The notes under the pieces are model-generated. The model was given only the letters and a program-made list of their open reading frames with translations. It was not told the DNA's origin and made no database searches. DNA of 64,000 nucleotides from Planktothrix sp. GU0601_MAG3 (lineage in GTDB: Bacteria; Cyanobacteriota; Cyanobacteriia; Cyanobacteriales; Microcoleaceae), in NCBI GenBank assembly GCA_035193785.1, contig CP136572.1, forward strand, positions 2,004,578-2,068,577, given 5' to 3'. The translations under genes were made by a program, and so were the position numbers. Within the stretch, counting starts at the first letter, position 1. Every line of letters begins with the position of its first letter. This document shows positions 23,512-33,007 of the stretch, one piece after another.

Positions 23512-24541
23512 ATGAAACTACAAGATTTTCTCGGTAAAAATACTCGATATGATATTAAAGGCATTTCTGAAGATGACGAACTTTCCCGTCAAATTCAGAC
23601 CCGACTAATTGATTTAGGACTGCTTGATCCCCCTGTGGATGGGATTTTTGGCCCCAAATCAACGGCGGCATTACACCAATTTCAGAAGTTGATGGAGTGT
23701 GGTGAAGCGGGTTATCTGGGCGCGGTGACGGCGAAAAAGCTCACGGAAACCAAACGAGAACAAATTCCCGTAGCCACCCCAATTCTGAAAACCGTTAAAA
23801 GTACAGTTTTTAAAGTTAAACCCATTGCTTCTTCTCAACTCAATGACTCGGAAAAATTTACGATTCCCGCCAATAAAGAATTTAGTGTTTTAGCCTACGA
23901 TCCCATTCGTGGACATTTACGAGTCGCTTTACGCACCGAATCCTACGGAGGATATTCGGTCTTATATATCTGGGGAGAACACGCTGAAATTTATGAAAAT
24001 GGGAGTCGGGTTTATCCTAAACCGATTCCTCCGAGTTTCCGGCTCAATGTTCCCTATAAATCTCAATTGGATAACTGGTTTAATCCAACAGGTTTCCTGT
24101 AATGTCACTTCCATCGCCATGTGTTTGGAATACCTTAAAGCCCGTCGCAAAACCAATTCCGGCCAGTTGGAAGATGAACTCTATGAATATGCTATCAATA
24201 AAGGCTACAGTCGCCATAACCCCAACGATTTAGCTCGAATTGTTCGAGATTATGGTTGTCAGGATTATTTTACCGAAAATAGCACAATAGATGATGTCAA
24301 AGATTGGATTGCGGCTGGAAATCCCGCCGTAATTCATGGATATTTTACCTCCTTTGGTCATATCATGCCTGTGGTGGGTTATGACGAATATGGATTTATT
24401 GTCCATGATCCCTATGGAGAATGGTTTTCCTCCGGTTATCGCACGGATTTAAGTGGGTCTTATTTGAATTATTCCTATCTATTGATCCGCCGGGTTTGCA
24501 TCCCTGATGGTACTTTTTGGGTGCATTTTATTTCTAAGTAG
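23512..24541 (+). CDS. Peptidoglycan-binding domain and C39-like peptidase (+1 frameshift at 24092)
   Basis: DGIFGPKSTAALHQFQ; VPYKSQLDN, restored GSCNVTSIAM, GHI, VHDPYG. Confidence 0.88.
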
Positions 24542-24598
24542 TTGTTAGGAATAGAGGTGTGATCTGAGGGCGAGAAAACCTCGCCCCTACTTTTTGAT

Positions 24599-25453
24599 TT
24601 AGATTCTCATACTTAAATCTAACCAATTTGAACGGGTAATCGGGGCACTGGTTGAAATATAATCAACCCCGGTTTCTGCAACAAAACGAATGGTTTCTAA
24701 GGTAATATTTCCCGATGCTTCTATTTTAATTCGGGAGTTATATTCACGAATTATATTAACAGCTTCCCCCATTAACTCCAAGGACATATTATCTAACATA
24801 ATAATATCCGCTTGATGTTCTAAGGCTATTTTAACCTGTTCTAAGGTTTCTGTTTCCACTTCAATAGTTAAAGGATAAGGCATAGTTTCTCGAATTTTTG
24901 CGATCGCCTCTGCAATTCCCCCCGCCGCCGCAATATGATTATCTTTAATCATAATCGCATCATCTAATCCCATTCGATGATTTTTTGCCCCACCGACTTG
25001 AATCGCATATTTTTCTAATAATCTTAATCCGGGTGTGGTTTTACGGGTATCTACTAATTGACAGGGTAAATCAGCGATCGCCTCTACATATTTCCGCGTC
25101 TCTGTAGCAATTCCACTCAGTCGCATGGCTAAATTTAACGCCACTCTTTCCCCGGTTAATAACGCCTCTAAACTCCCCTCTAAAAAAGCAATTTTTGTGT
25201 CTTTTTCACACCATTCTCCCTCTTTAACTAAGGGGGTAAATTCTATCTGATGATCCAACAGTTGAAACACTCTTTCCGCAATCGATAATCCAGCAATCAC
25301 ACCCTTTTCCTTAACAATCCAATCGGCGGATTTAATCTGATTAACGATTAATAATCCTGCGGTCGTGCGATCGCCTCGTCCAATATCTTCTAATAACCAT
25401 TGTTGCAATAGGGGATCTAAAATAACCCTAGGAGGTAATATTGCCTTGATCAT
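24599..25453 (-). CDS. nadC: Nicotinate-nucleotide pyrophosphorylase (carboxylating)
   Basis: ERVALN, DTRKTTPG, HRMGL, IKDNH, EASGNI. Confidence 0.96.
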   Translation of the reverse strand: MIKAILPPRVILDPLLQQWLLEDIGRGDRTTAGLLIVNQIKSADWIVKEKGVIAGLSIAERVFQLLDHQIEFTPLVKEGEWCEKDTKIAFLEGSLEALLTGERVALNLAMRLSGIATETRKYVEAIADLPCQLVDTRKTTPGLRLLEKYAIQVGGAKNHRMGLDDAIMIKDNHIAAAGGIAEAIAKIRETMPYPLTIEVETETLEQVKIALEHQADIIMLDNMSLELMGEAVNIIREYNSRIKIEASGNITLETIRFVAETGVDYISTSAPITRSNWLDLSMRI

Positions 25454-25573
25454 ACATTAAGGATTTTCAAATATTCTATAATACCGAGGGTCAAAGAAAC
25501 AGGGTTTCTGTATAAACCCTGATTTCCCATCCTAAATCTTGAAAGAAACCCGGTTTCTGGGGATGGTAAAATA

Positions 25574-25614
25574 CTAAAGCCCTCTCCCGATTTATCACTG
25601 GAAGAAGGCTTTAG
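25574..25614 (-). terminator. Hairpin downstream of 5S rRNA (duplicated at ~25947-25987)
   Basis: CTAAAGCC...GGCTTTAG stem directly 3' of each 5S gene. Confidence 0.55.
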
Positions 25615-25625
25615 TTTGATATTAA

Positions 25626-25742
25626 CCTGGCACCGAGCTATTTTCCCAGACGGCTACCCGCCAAGTATCTTCGCCGTATCAGCGTTTCACTTCCGAGTTC
25701 GAGATGGATCGGAGTGGTTCCACTGAGCCATAGGCACCAGGA
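25626..25742 (-). rRNA. rrf: 5S rRNA (orphan copy 1)
   Basis: TCCTGGTGCCTATGG...CATCTCGAACTCGGAAGTGAAACG...GGGAAAATAGCTCGGTGCCAGG. Confidence 0.96.
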
Positions 25743-25817
25743 AAGCTCTGTAAACTTTTCTGGGTTTTGAGGATTTAGCGTTTTTGTGTTTCGCTTGTTT
25801 TCCTCTCACAATTTACT

Positions 25818-25846
25818 AATCTACTTTATTTCTCTGGGAATGTCAA
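25818..25846 (-). promoter_or_regulatory. Sigma70-type promoter of 5S copy 1
   Basis: TTGACA-17 bp-TAGATT. Confidence 0.8.
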
Positions 25847-25998
25847 CCCCTTTGGCAAAAGTTTTTTTTGATCCTCCGATCCGGCTTGTTCACGGGGTTT
25901 GGCGGAGCAAACAGGCCAAGGAAACCAGGTTTCTGAGGTTAAAATACTAAAGCCCTCTCCCGATTTATCACTGGAAGAAGGCTTTAGTTTGATATTAA

Positions 25999-26115
25999 CC
26001 TGGCACCGAGCTATTTTCCCAGACGGCTACCCGCCAAGTATCTTCGCCGTATCAGCGTTTCACTTCCGAGTTCGAGATGGATCGGAGTGGTTCCACTGAG
26101 CCATAGGCACCAGGA
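25999..26115 (-). rRNA. rrf: 5S rRNA (orphan copy 2)
   Basis: Same sequence as copy 1, offset 373 bp. Confidence 0.96.
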
Positions 26116-26190
26116 AAGCTCTGTAAACTTTTCTGGGTTTTGAGGATTTAGCGTTTTTGTGTTTCGCCTGTTTTCCTCTCACAATTTACT

Positions 26191-26219
26191 AATCTACTTT
26201 ATTTCTCTAGGAATGTCAA
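26191..26219 (-). promoter_or_regulatory. Sigma70-type promoter of 5S copy 2
   Basis: TTGACA-17 bp-TAGATT. Confidence 0.8.
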
Positions 26220-26291
26220 CCCCTTTTCCAAAAAAGTTTTTTTCGCCCCTACCTGAGCTACAACAGAAGACAGAAACCTATTCAGGGAACC

Positions 26292-27053
26292 ATGATTCAG
26301 TTTAACGTACCCCAGCCTCCCAGCTTTGAACGAGTCGAAGATGAACGTCTGCATCGTCAGCAACGGTTAGCCGCCGCCTTTCGGTTATTTGCCCATTATG
26401 GTTTTGATGAAGGAGTTGCGGGTCACATCACCGCCCGTGATCCCGAATTTCCTGACCATTTTTGGGTTAACCCCTTTGGAATGTATTTTGGCCAGATTCG
26501 GGTATCGGATTTATTGTTGGTAAACCATCAAGGGGAAGTTGTCAAAGGGAATAAACCCGTAAATGCAGCCGCATTTGCCATTCATTCCCAAATCCATCAA
26601 GCGCGTCCTGACGTGGTGGCGGCGGCCCATGCCCACTCATTATATGGCAAAACCTGGGCTTCTTTAGGAAGATTACTTGATCCTGTGACTCAAGATGCTT
26701 GTTCTTTTTATCAGGATCATGTTTTATTTGATGATTATACCGGAGTTGTTTTAGACCCGAATGAAGGCGAACGAATAGCTAATACTTTGGGGAATAAAAA
26801 AGCAGCTATTTTGCGAAATCATGGATTATTAACCGTTGGTCATTCGGTCGATGAAGCAGCCTGGTGGTTTATTACAATGGAACGCTCTTGTCAGGTACAA
26901 TTAATGGCGGAAGCTGCCGGAAAAACAGTATTAATTAATCCTGAAATCGCTAATTTAACCCTGAGTCAAGTTGGTAGCCATTATATGGGATGGTTTAGTT
27001 TTCAATCGTTATATGACAAAATTGTCGCAGCAGAACCGGGTTTATTAGAATAA
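26292..27053 (+). CDS. Class II aldolase/adducin family protein
   Basis: GHITARDP, AFAIHSQIH, HAHS, LRNHGLLT. Confidence 0.93.
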   Translation: MIQFNVPQPPSFERVEDERLHRQQRLAAAFRLFAHYGFDEGVAGHITARDPEFPDHFWVNPFGMYFGQIRVSDLLLVNHQGEVVKGNKPVNAAAFAIHSQIHQARPDVVAAAHAHSLYGKTWASLGRLLDPVTQDACSFYQDHVLFDDYTGVVLDPNEGERIANTLGNKKAAILRNHGLLTVGHSVDEAAWWFITMERSCQVQLMAEAAGKTVLINPEIANLTLSQVGSHYMGWFSFQSLYDKIVAAEPGLLE

Positions 27054-27077
27054 TATTCTGATTCAGGAGATTTAATC

Positions 27078-27608
27078 ATGCCAATTGATTTACCTTGGGC
27101 TTTAGCATTTGTGATTATTGCCGGACTGATTCCTGGATTAAAAACAATTAACTATGATCCGAATTCTCTCCCCGCCAATTTATCACAACGTCCGACATCT
27201 GAAACCACCTCTAACAATGCAGACTTAATATTTAGTGATGTTAAGTTAGTGACCATGGGAGAAGGTACGGCGGTGCGTTATTTTATTGAGGGTAAAGTTA
27301 AAAATACCAGTTCAACACCGATGCAATCACCAAAAGTTATTTATCGAGAATATCAACAACAAAATGATCAGTTAGTAGAACTAGAAACCCTAGAAGCTAA
27401 GGTTAATCCAACGGAACTAAAACCGGGAAAAACTGGAATATTTGGTCGCCGGGTAAACAGTCCATCGGAAGTAATTTTAATTGAGAGTTTGGTTTCTTTG
27501 GATCGAGAAAAAATTGAAGTTAATGAATGTTATGCTGATAATTTAGAACGGCGAGAGATCTGTCGCAGACAATTGAATCCGCGAGGGGTTTATTCTTTAT
27601 TAAAATGA
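27078..27608 (+). CDS. Hypothetical exported protein
   Basis: 176-aa ORF with AGGAG RBS and hydrophobic N-terminus. Confidence 0.7.
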   Translation: MPIDLPWALAFVIIAGLIPGLKTINYDPNSLPANLSQRPTSETTSNNADLIFSDVKLVTMGEGTAVRYFIEGKVKNTSSTPMQSPKVIYREYQQQNDQLVELETLEAKVNPTELKPGKTGIFGRRVNSPSEVILIESLVSLDREKIEVNECYADNLERREICRRQLNPRGVYSLLK

Positions 27609-27651
27609 TTCTGAGGACTAAAAAATCAGCGAAGATCAACCTATTTCCAAC

Positions 27652-28714
27652 GTGGAGATCGAAAAATCCTATAAAATCTTAGACCTAGAACCCGGGGTAA
27701 GCTTAGAGGAAGTCAGACAAGCCTATCGCCATCTAGCATTGATCTGGCATCCCGATCGCTATCCCCAAAATTCTCCCATACAAATCCAAGCCGAAGCCAA
27801 ATTCAAAGAAATCAGCCACGCCTACGAAACCCTAAAAACCCATTTAAGTCACCCTCCCCTCCCTCCCTCCCCCACCTCCCCTCCCTCCCCTCCCTCCCCT
27901 ACTCCCCCTGCTCCCCCTGCTCCCTCCGCCCCCCCTGCCCCCCCTACTCCCCCTACTCCCCCTACCCCAACTATCCCCCTAGGTTGGCTAACGGGGGTGT
28001 TTATTTGCTATAGCCTGATTGCTTGGATTTTAACGACTTTGGGGATTCCCTTCTGGGTTTGGACATTTGGCCTGATTGCTTGGTTTACTATTACCCTAGT
28101 CGCCAGTGAAGATTCGGACTCGTCTCAACCTTGGTTAATCTCGTTGGTGTTTGCTGGGGCGATCGCAGGTTGGGTTCTAGGAAAGGAAGTGGGGGGCATG
28201 ATTACAGGAACAGTATGGGGGATGGTTGGCATCGGATTAGGGGCGATCGCTGGCTCAGAAACAGCCTCTAAATCGATAATTGGACTGTTAACGGTGATGG
28301 GAATTGCCGCCATTGCCGGGTTAATCGCCGGAAACTCGTCGGGGAAACTGGTTAGGTTCGGTTTTTGGTGGGGGTTTTGGGGTGATTATGGGATTGATGT
28401 TAGGGATTATTTTAGATGCCATATTTCAATCAAAGGCAAAACTAGGAACGGGGAGTTTATTTGGATTACTATTAGGAGGATGGATCGGTGCTGGTATTGG
28501 GGCGGGTCAAAAAGCCATCATGCGGGTAATCGAACGCTTACAGCCAGAGGTTATTATTGCCGCTTGGGGTGCGATCGCCTTGGTTTTTGGGGTTGTAGCG
28601 CAAATGGTAGCAGGAGAAAAATTGCTTGCGTCGTACAATGGGTTTTATACCTTTTTGATTTTAGGGATTACTTCCGGTCTGGGTTTGAGTTTTGGGTTGT
28701 GGTTAGCCCACTAA
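27652..28714 (+). CDS. DnaJ-domain membrane protein with Pro-rich linker (+1 frameshift at 28331)
   Basis: WHPDR J-domain, PxP linker, Gly-rich transmembrane segments. Confidence 0.85.
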
Positions 28715-28828
28715 TCCTTTCAAACTAAAGATTTATATTGAATCGCAGAAAATAGGGAACATTGAAACATCAATTTCCAGTCTCAAGATGATAGAGATCC
28801 TGTCAAAATTCAAACCAATTTAACAACA

Positions 28829-30175
28829 ATGGAACTTGATTTATCTCGCTTTTTTAAAGCTTCTAACCCGGCGGTTACACTGAATGTGGAAAACCCAGAA
28901 GATCAACAATATTATATTGATTTTTCTCCTGCACGCGGGGGGAAACTAATTGAGCAAATCTCCCGAACAATTACGCGGTTATCTCCCGATCTTCCCACTT
29001 GTCAACTGTTTACGGGTCATGTAGGTTCGGGAAAGTCAACGGAATTACTCAGACTTCAATCTCAACTCAAAAAAGAAGGATTCCATGTCGTTTATTTTGA
29101 GTCGAGTAAGGACTTAGATATGGCGGATGTGGATATTACAGATATTTTATTAGCGATCGCCCGTCAGGTCAGTGAAAGTATTGAAACCCTGCAAATTAAA
29201 TTACAACCTAAAGGCTTTAAAAGTTTACTCAGTGGAGTGATCGGAGTTTTAAATACACAAATTGATTTAAAAGGAGATGTTAATGTCCCCGGAATTGGGA
29301 CGGTAAGTGCCAGTACGGAAGGAGAATTTTCCCTGTCAATGGGAATTGGGAATATTACGGCTAAAACCAAAGATAGTCGAGATTTAAGGTCTTTATTGCG
29401 TCAATATTTAGAACCTCGAACTAATAATATTTTAGAAGCAATCAATAAGGAATTATTGGAACCCTCGATCCAACAATTGAAACAAATGGGAAAAAAGGGG
29501 CTAGTTGTAATTGTTGATAATTTAGACCGAATTATTGATACCAAAAATAGCACCGGACGCCCGCAACCGGAATATTTATTTATTGACCGGGGCGAACAAC
29601 TGAATAAACTCAATTGTCATGTTGTCTATACGATTCCATTAGGTTTAATTTTTTCTAATGATTTAGGACAACTGATGAATCGCTTTGGGAGTGACCCGAA
29701 AACCTTACCCATGGTGACGGTAAAATTTGAGGATGGAACACGCTGCGAAGAAGGAATTGAACTGTTACGTCAGATGGTAATGGCGAGAGCATTTCCGGGT
29801 ATTGCTCCGAAAGAATATCCAGACTTAGTAACAAATATTTTTGATAGTCCTGAAACTTTAGATCGACTTTGTACCATCAGTGGCGGTCATGTTCGCAGTT
29901 TATTAATTTTGTTATATAGCTGTTTACAAAAAGAAGATCCTCCATTAACTAGACAATCCTTAGAGGAGGTGATTTTGCAACGTCGTCACCAATTAACCTT
30001 AGCGATTGAAGCCGACGAAAAAGAAATGTTACGTCAAGTAGCGGTGACTAAAAAATTAAGTGGTCAAATGGAATATCAAACCCTATTAAGGAGTTTATGG
30101 GTGTTTGAATACCATCAGACCCAACATTTTTGGTATGATATTAATCCGATTTTGGCAGAGGCTCAGGAATTTTGA
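28829..30175 (+). CDS. P-loop AAA-type ATPase (cyanobacterial family)
   Basis: GHVGSGKSTEL, VIVDNLDR, SGGHVR, WYDINP. Confidence 0.88.
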   Translation: MELDLSRFFKASNPAVTLNVENPEDQQYYIDFSPARGGKLIEQISRTITRLSPDLPTCQLFTGHVGSGKSTELLRLQSQLKKEGFHVVYFESSKDLDMADVDITDILLAIARQVSESIETLQIKLQPKGFKSLLSGVIGVLNTQIDLKGDVNVPGIGTVSASTEGEFSLSMGIGNITAKTKDSRDLRSLLRQYLEPRTNNILEAINKELLEPSIQQLKQMGKKGLVVIVDNLDRIIDTKNSTGRPQPEYLFIDRGEQLNKLNCHVVYTIPLGLIFSNDLGQLMNRFGSDPKTLPMVTVKFEDGTRCEEGIELLRQMVMARAFPGIAPKEYPDLVTNIFDSPETLDRLCTISGGHVRSLLILLYSCLQKEDPPLTRQSLEEVILQRRHQLTLAIEADEKEMLRQVAVTKKLSGQMEYQTLLRSLWVFEYHQTQHFWYDINPILAEAQEF

Positions 30176-30513
30176 TCGCGGATTTAGATGGATTACACGG
30201 ATTACACGGATTTTTTTGATGTTTTTAGATGGATTGTAAGGATTTTAGGAGGGTGGGCATAGCCCACCTTATTTTTAAATCGAAATATATAATGTTTTCA
30301 TGTCGTGTTACCAGAGATTGCCTCAACAATCATTTTCTCAAGTTTGTGATTGGGCGATCGCTATTTCACCCAACAACAAATATTCTCAGATGATTTGATG
30401 TGTTTTAGAGTGTGATCGCAAATAATCTCTCTGAACTCAACAACGAAGCCAACTATTTTTGCTTTTTTAATCTCTGCTGAACACAGATAACTTAAACAGA
30501 GCGATCAGTTTCT

Positions 30514-30585
30514 GCATAGCGAAGGCAGATAAACTTGACTCCGATCGATAACCACTGTTCCATCCGCACCAACAAAGTGCTAGGT
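30514..30585 (-). repeat. Degenerate attC-like site downstream of the cassette
   Basis: Minus strand ACCTAGC-ACTTTGTTGGTGCGGAT...CTGCCTTC-GCTATGC; both cores are variants of RYYYAAC/GTTRRRY. Confidence 0.35.
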
Positions 30586-30600
30586 AATCAAAAGCTTTGC

Positions 30601-30627
30601 GGTTAGGCTTCAGACCTGAACCTAACC
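30601..30627 (-). terminator. Hairpin 3' of the tRNA-like RNA
   Basis: GGTTAGG(C)TTCAG-AC-CTGAACCTAACC; function inferred. Confidence 0.45.
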
Positions 30628-30650
30628 ATCAAGATTGAAAGTTGAAAAAA

Positions 30651-30787
30651 TGGCCAGTGAAGGAATTGAACCTTCATCTATCTCCTAAAATACTTTCTCT
30701 ATAAGAAAGCCTACAAGAAAGCATTTTAGGAGATGGGATGCACTTCGGTGCATCCCAGAGATCGCATAACCGTTATGCTAACCGACC
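30651..30787 (-). ncRNA. tRNA-like structured RNA (137 nt) with two hairpins in place of the anticodon loop
   Basis: Acceptor GGTCGGT/ACTGGCC+A, TA, D-arm GCAT-AACGGTT-ATGC, T-arm GAAGG-TTCAATT-CCTTC; internal 9-bp and 19-bp stems. Confidence 0.78.
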
Positions 30788-30794
30788 AAGACTA

Positions 30795-31619
30795 CTAAAT
30801 TTGTGTCTCCATTATTATACTTATATCTTCATCAGTTTGCAGAAACTCCTGTTTTAGGGATTGTATAATTTTATTTTTTCGTCTCTCCTCCTTTGAGATT
30901 CCTTTATATTCTAACTTTAATTTCTCATATACCTTTTCCATGTTTAGACATTTTCTACAAATTTCCTTAATTGACTTCTGCCAAACTTTTGATAAAAGTA
31001 GAACATCTTTTGAGTTTATTTCTTCAGGCTTATTAAGTTTTGACTGATATACTTTTCTAAGGAAATCCTGATCAATAGAATTGTAGATTTTCAATATATT
31101 ATTCAAGTTTTCGTCTTTTTTTGACGGATGAAACTCATTGTTCCTAATCAACCTAAAATAATCAATAACTCTGAACTCTGTCTTTCCAACATAGTCTTCA
31201 AAAATTTCATCTTCAACATTTTTTACAAGCTCATGATCTCCTTTTTTAGACGAATAAACTATTGCTATTGTTTTTCTTAAAAAGTCTCCTTCTGCAATAT
31301 GTTTCGATTCTTTAAGCATCATCTTAATTTTCTGTATTCTCTTGCAAGCTGCTTCTGCTTTGCTATTGATAAGCGCTATATGAGCTAAGTATACAAACTT
31401 CCTTATATCATTTATACATAAGTGTTCTGTGTATAAATGATGGTGTCCATACTGCCCTGAAATTTTGCGTAAAAATTTTGCCTTATCTGACTTAGCCTCA
31501 GTTTCCTCTAAAAAAAACTCTACTGCTGAATCAACTAAGCAGAAATAGGGATTAATTGCCCCCAATTCGTGCCTAAACTGTCTTTCAATTATTCCAGGTG
31601 TTTCTGATTCCTCAACCAT
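30795..31619 (-). CDS. Hypothetical protein with HEPN-like RxxxxH motif (putative RNase)
   Basis: DYFRLIRNNEFH; Lys-rich, AT-rich ORF of foreign composition. Confidence 0.68.
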   Translation of the reverse strand: MVEESETPGIIERQFRHELGAINPYFCLVDSAVEFFLEETEAKSDKAKFLRKISGQYGHHHLYTEHLCINDIRKFVYLAHIALINSKAEAACKRIQKIKMMLKESKHIAEGDFLRKTIAIVYSSKKGDHELVKNVEDEIFEDYVGKTEFRVIDYFRLIRNNEFHPSKKDENLNNILKIYNSIDQDFLRKVYQSKLNKPEEINSKDVLLLSKVWQKSIKEICRKCLNMEKVYEKLKLEYKGISKEERRKNKIIQSLKQEFLQTDEDISIIMETQI

Positions 31620-31674
31620 TGATTTTTATAGTAATAAATTTTGAAGCAGTTTCTTGTGAGGTGATGAGCATTCT

Positions 31675-31760
31675 ACCTAGCGGCTGAATTCAGCCGCTAA
31701 AGATCGCCTAAAACTCAAAACTAAAATATCATATTTGTCCGCTCCAATGATTTGTTATGC
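31675..31760 (-). repeat. attC-like site upstream of the HEPN-like gene
   Basis: Minus strand GCATAAC-AAATCATTGGAGCGGAC...AGCGGCTGAATTCAGCC-GCTAGGT, 86 bp, 55 bp before the ATG. Confidence 0.6.
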
Positions 31761-31822
31761 CCCGATCGCTTCTCAATTCTTGACTTTGGCGATCGCTTCA
31801 ACAATAATCTTCTCAAGTTTAC

Positions 31823-31916
31823 TATAGCAAGTCTATTTGAATTGTACAAATCAAACCTAGGTCAAACTCTTACCCCGTAAACATGACTATGATACAAATG
31901 ATTTAGACCTGCTATA
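31823..31916. mobile_element. 94-bp MITE-like element with TATAGC-type imperfect terminal inverted repeats
   Basis: TATAGCAAGTCTA...TAGACCTGCTATA. Confidence 0.6.
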
Positions 31917-32131
31917 TCGAAATATATAATGTTTTCATATTCTCCAGTTTGCGATTTGGCGATCGCTATTCCAGCCCAAAACAAATACTTTAAAATTATT
32001 TAAAATTATGTGATATGTTTTGGAGTGCGATCGCTGTTTTGTTGATCTGAAGTGTGATCGGGCTGTAGATTCGGCAGTTAATAAACTTGGGATCACCACT
32101 ATAATCAAATAGATATTGAATTCCCGTTATT

Positions 32132-32995
32132 ATGATTAAAGGCACAACTAAAATATTAGGAGTAATTGGTTATCCCATTGAACATTCCCTTTCTCCGGTG
32201 ATGCACAATGCCGCGATCGCCCATTTGGGAGTAGATTATGTTTACCTCCCCTTTGCCATTTCTCCCCAGGATTTAAAGACCGCCCTTGAGGGATTTGCAG
32301 CCATTGGAATTCAGGGATTTAATATTACTATTCCCCACAAACAGGCGATTTTACCCTTTTTATCGGAGGTGACTACCCTGGCCCAATCCGTCGGGGCGGT
32401 GAATACGGTTTGGCGGACTCAGGATGGTTGGAGTGGCACAAATACCGATGTAGTGGGGTTTCTGACTCCCCTAGAGGTGTATCATCAAGATTGGCAGGAT
32501 CAGGTGGCTGTTATTTTGGGATATGGTGGGGCGGCGCGGGCGGTGGTGGCTGGATGTGCCCAGTTAGGGATCAGGGAAATTTATGTGGTCGGTCGTGACC
32601 CCCAAAAATTGGCCAGCTTTCAACAGAGTTGGAGCACTTCCCCCCTATCGGTTGCGGTCAAAACCTGTCCCTGGGAGCAATTATCCGCCCTACTTCCCCA
32701 GGCGGACTTATTGGTAAATACGACCCCCGTAGGAATGTATCCCCACCCCCAGGAGTCTCCGGTTGAGGCGTCGGTGATGGATAAAATTAAACTGGGTGCG
32801 ATCGCCTATGATTTAATTTATATTCCTGAAACCACCCAATTTTTGACTTTAGCAGCCGCCAGAGGTGCGATGATTTTAAATGGATTACCAATGTTAGTAA
32901 TTCAGGGAGCCGCCGCCTTGGAATTGTGGTTACAGCAACCTGTTCCCATCGAGATCATGCGTCAGTCTCTCCAAGAATATCTGAATATAAAATAA
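32132..32995 (+). CDS. aroE: Shikimate dehydrogenase
   Basis: HSLSPVMHN, NITIPHK, GAVNT, NTD, GYGGAARA. Confidence 0.96.
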   Translation: MIKGTTKILGVIGYPIEHSLSPVMHNAAIAHLGVDYVYLPFAISPQDLKTALEGFAAIGIQGFNITIPHKQAILPFLSEVTTLAQSVGAVNTVWRTQDGWSGTNTDVVGFLTPLEVYHQDWQDQVAVILGYGGAARAVVAGCAQLGIREIYVVGRDPQKLASFQQSWSTSPLSVAVKTCPWEQLSALLPQADLLVNTTPVGMYPHPQESPVEASVMDKIKLGAIAYDLIYIPETTQFLTLAAARGAMILNGLPMLVIQGAAALELWLQQPVPIEIMRQSLQEYLNIK

Positions 32996-33007
32996 CTCAA
33001 AAATTGT

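Noticed and set aside
25899..26099. 66-aa ORF
   Set aside because: Antisense shadow of 5S rRNA.
27853..27970. C-rich low-complexity tract as a separate element
   Set aside because: It is in frame and encodes the Pro-rich linker of the DnaJ protein.
30651..30787. Canonical or intron-containing tRNA, or tmRNA
   Set aside because: No 7-nt anticodon loop can be recovered. The ~73-nt insert is too short for a group I/II intron, and the RNA is too short for tmRNA.
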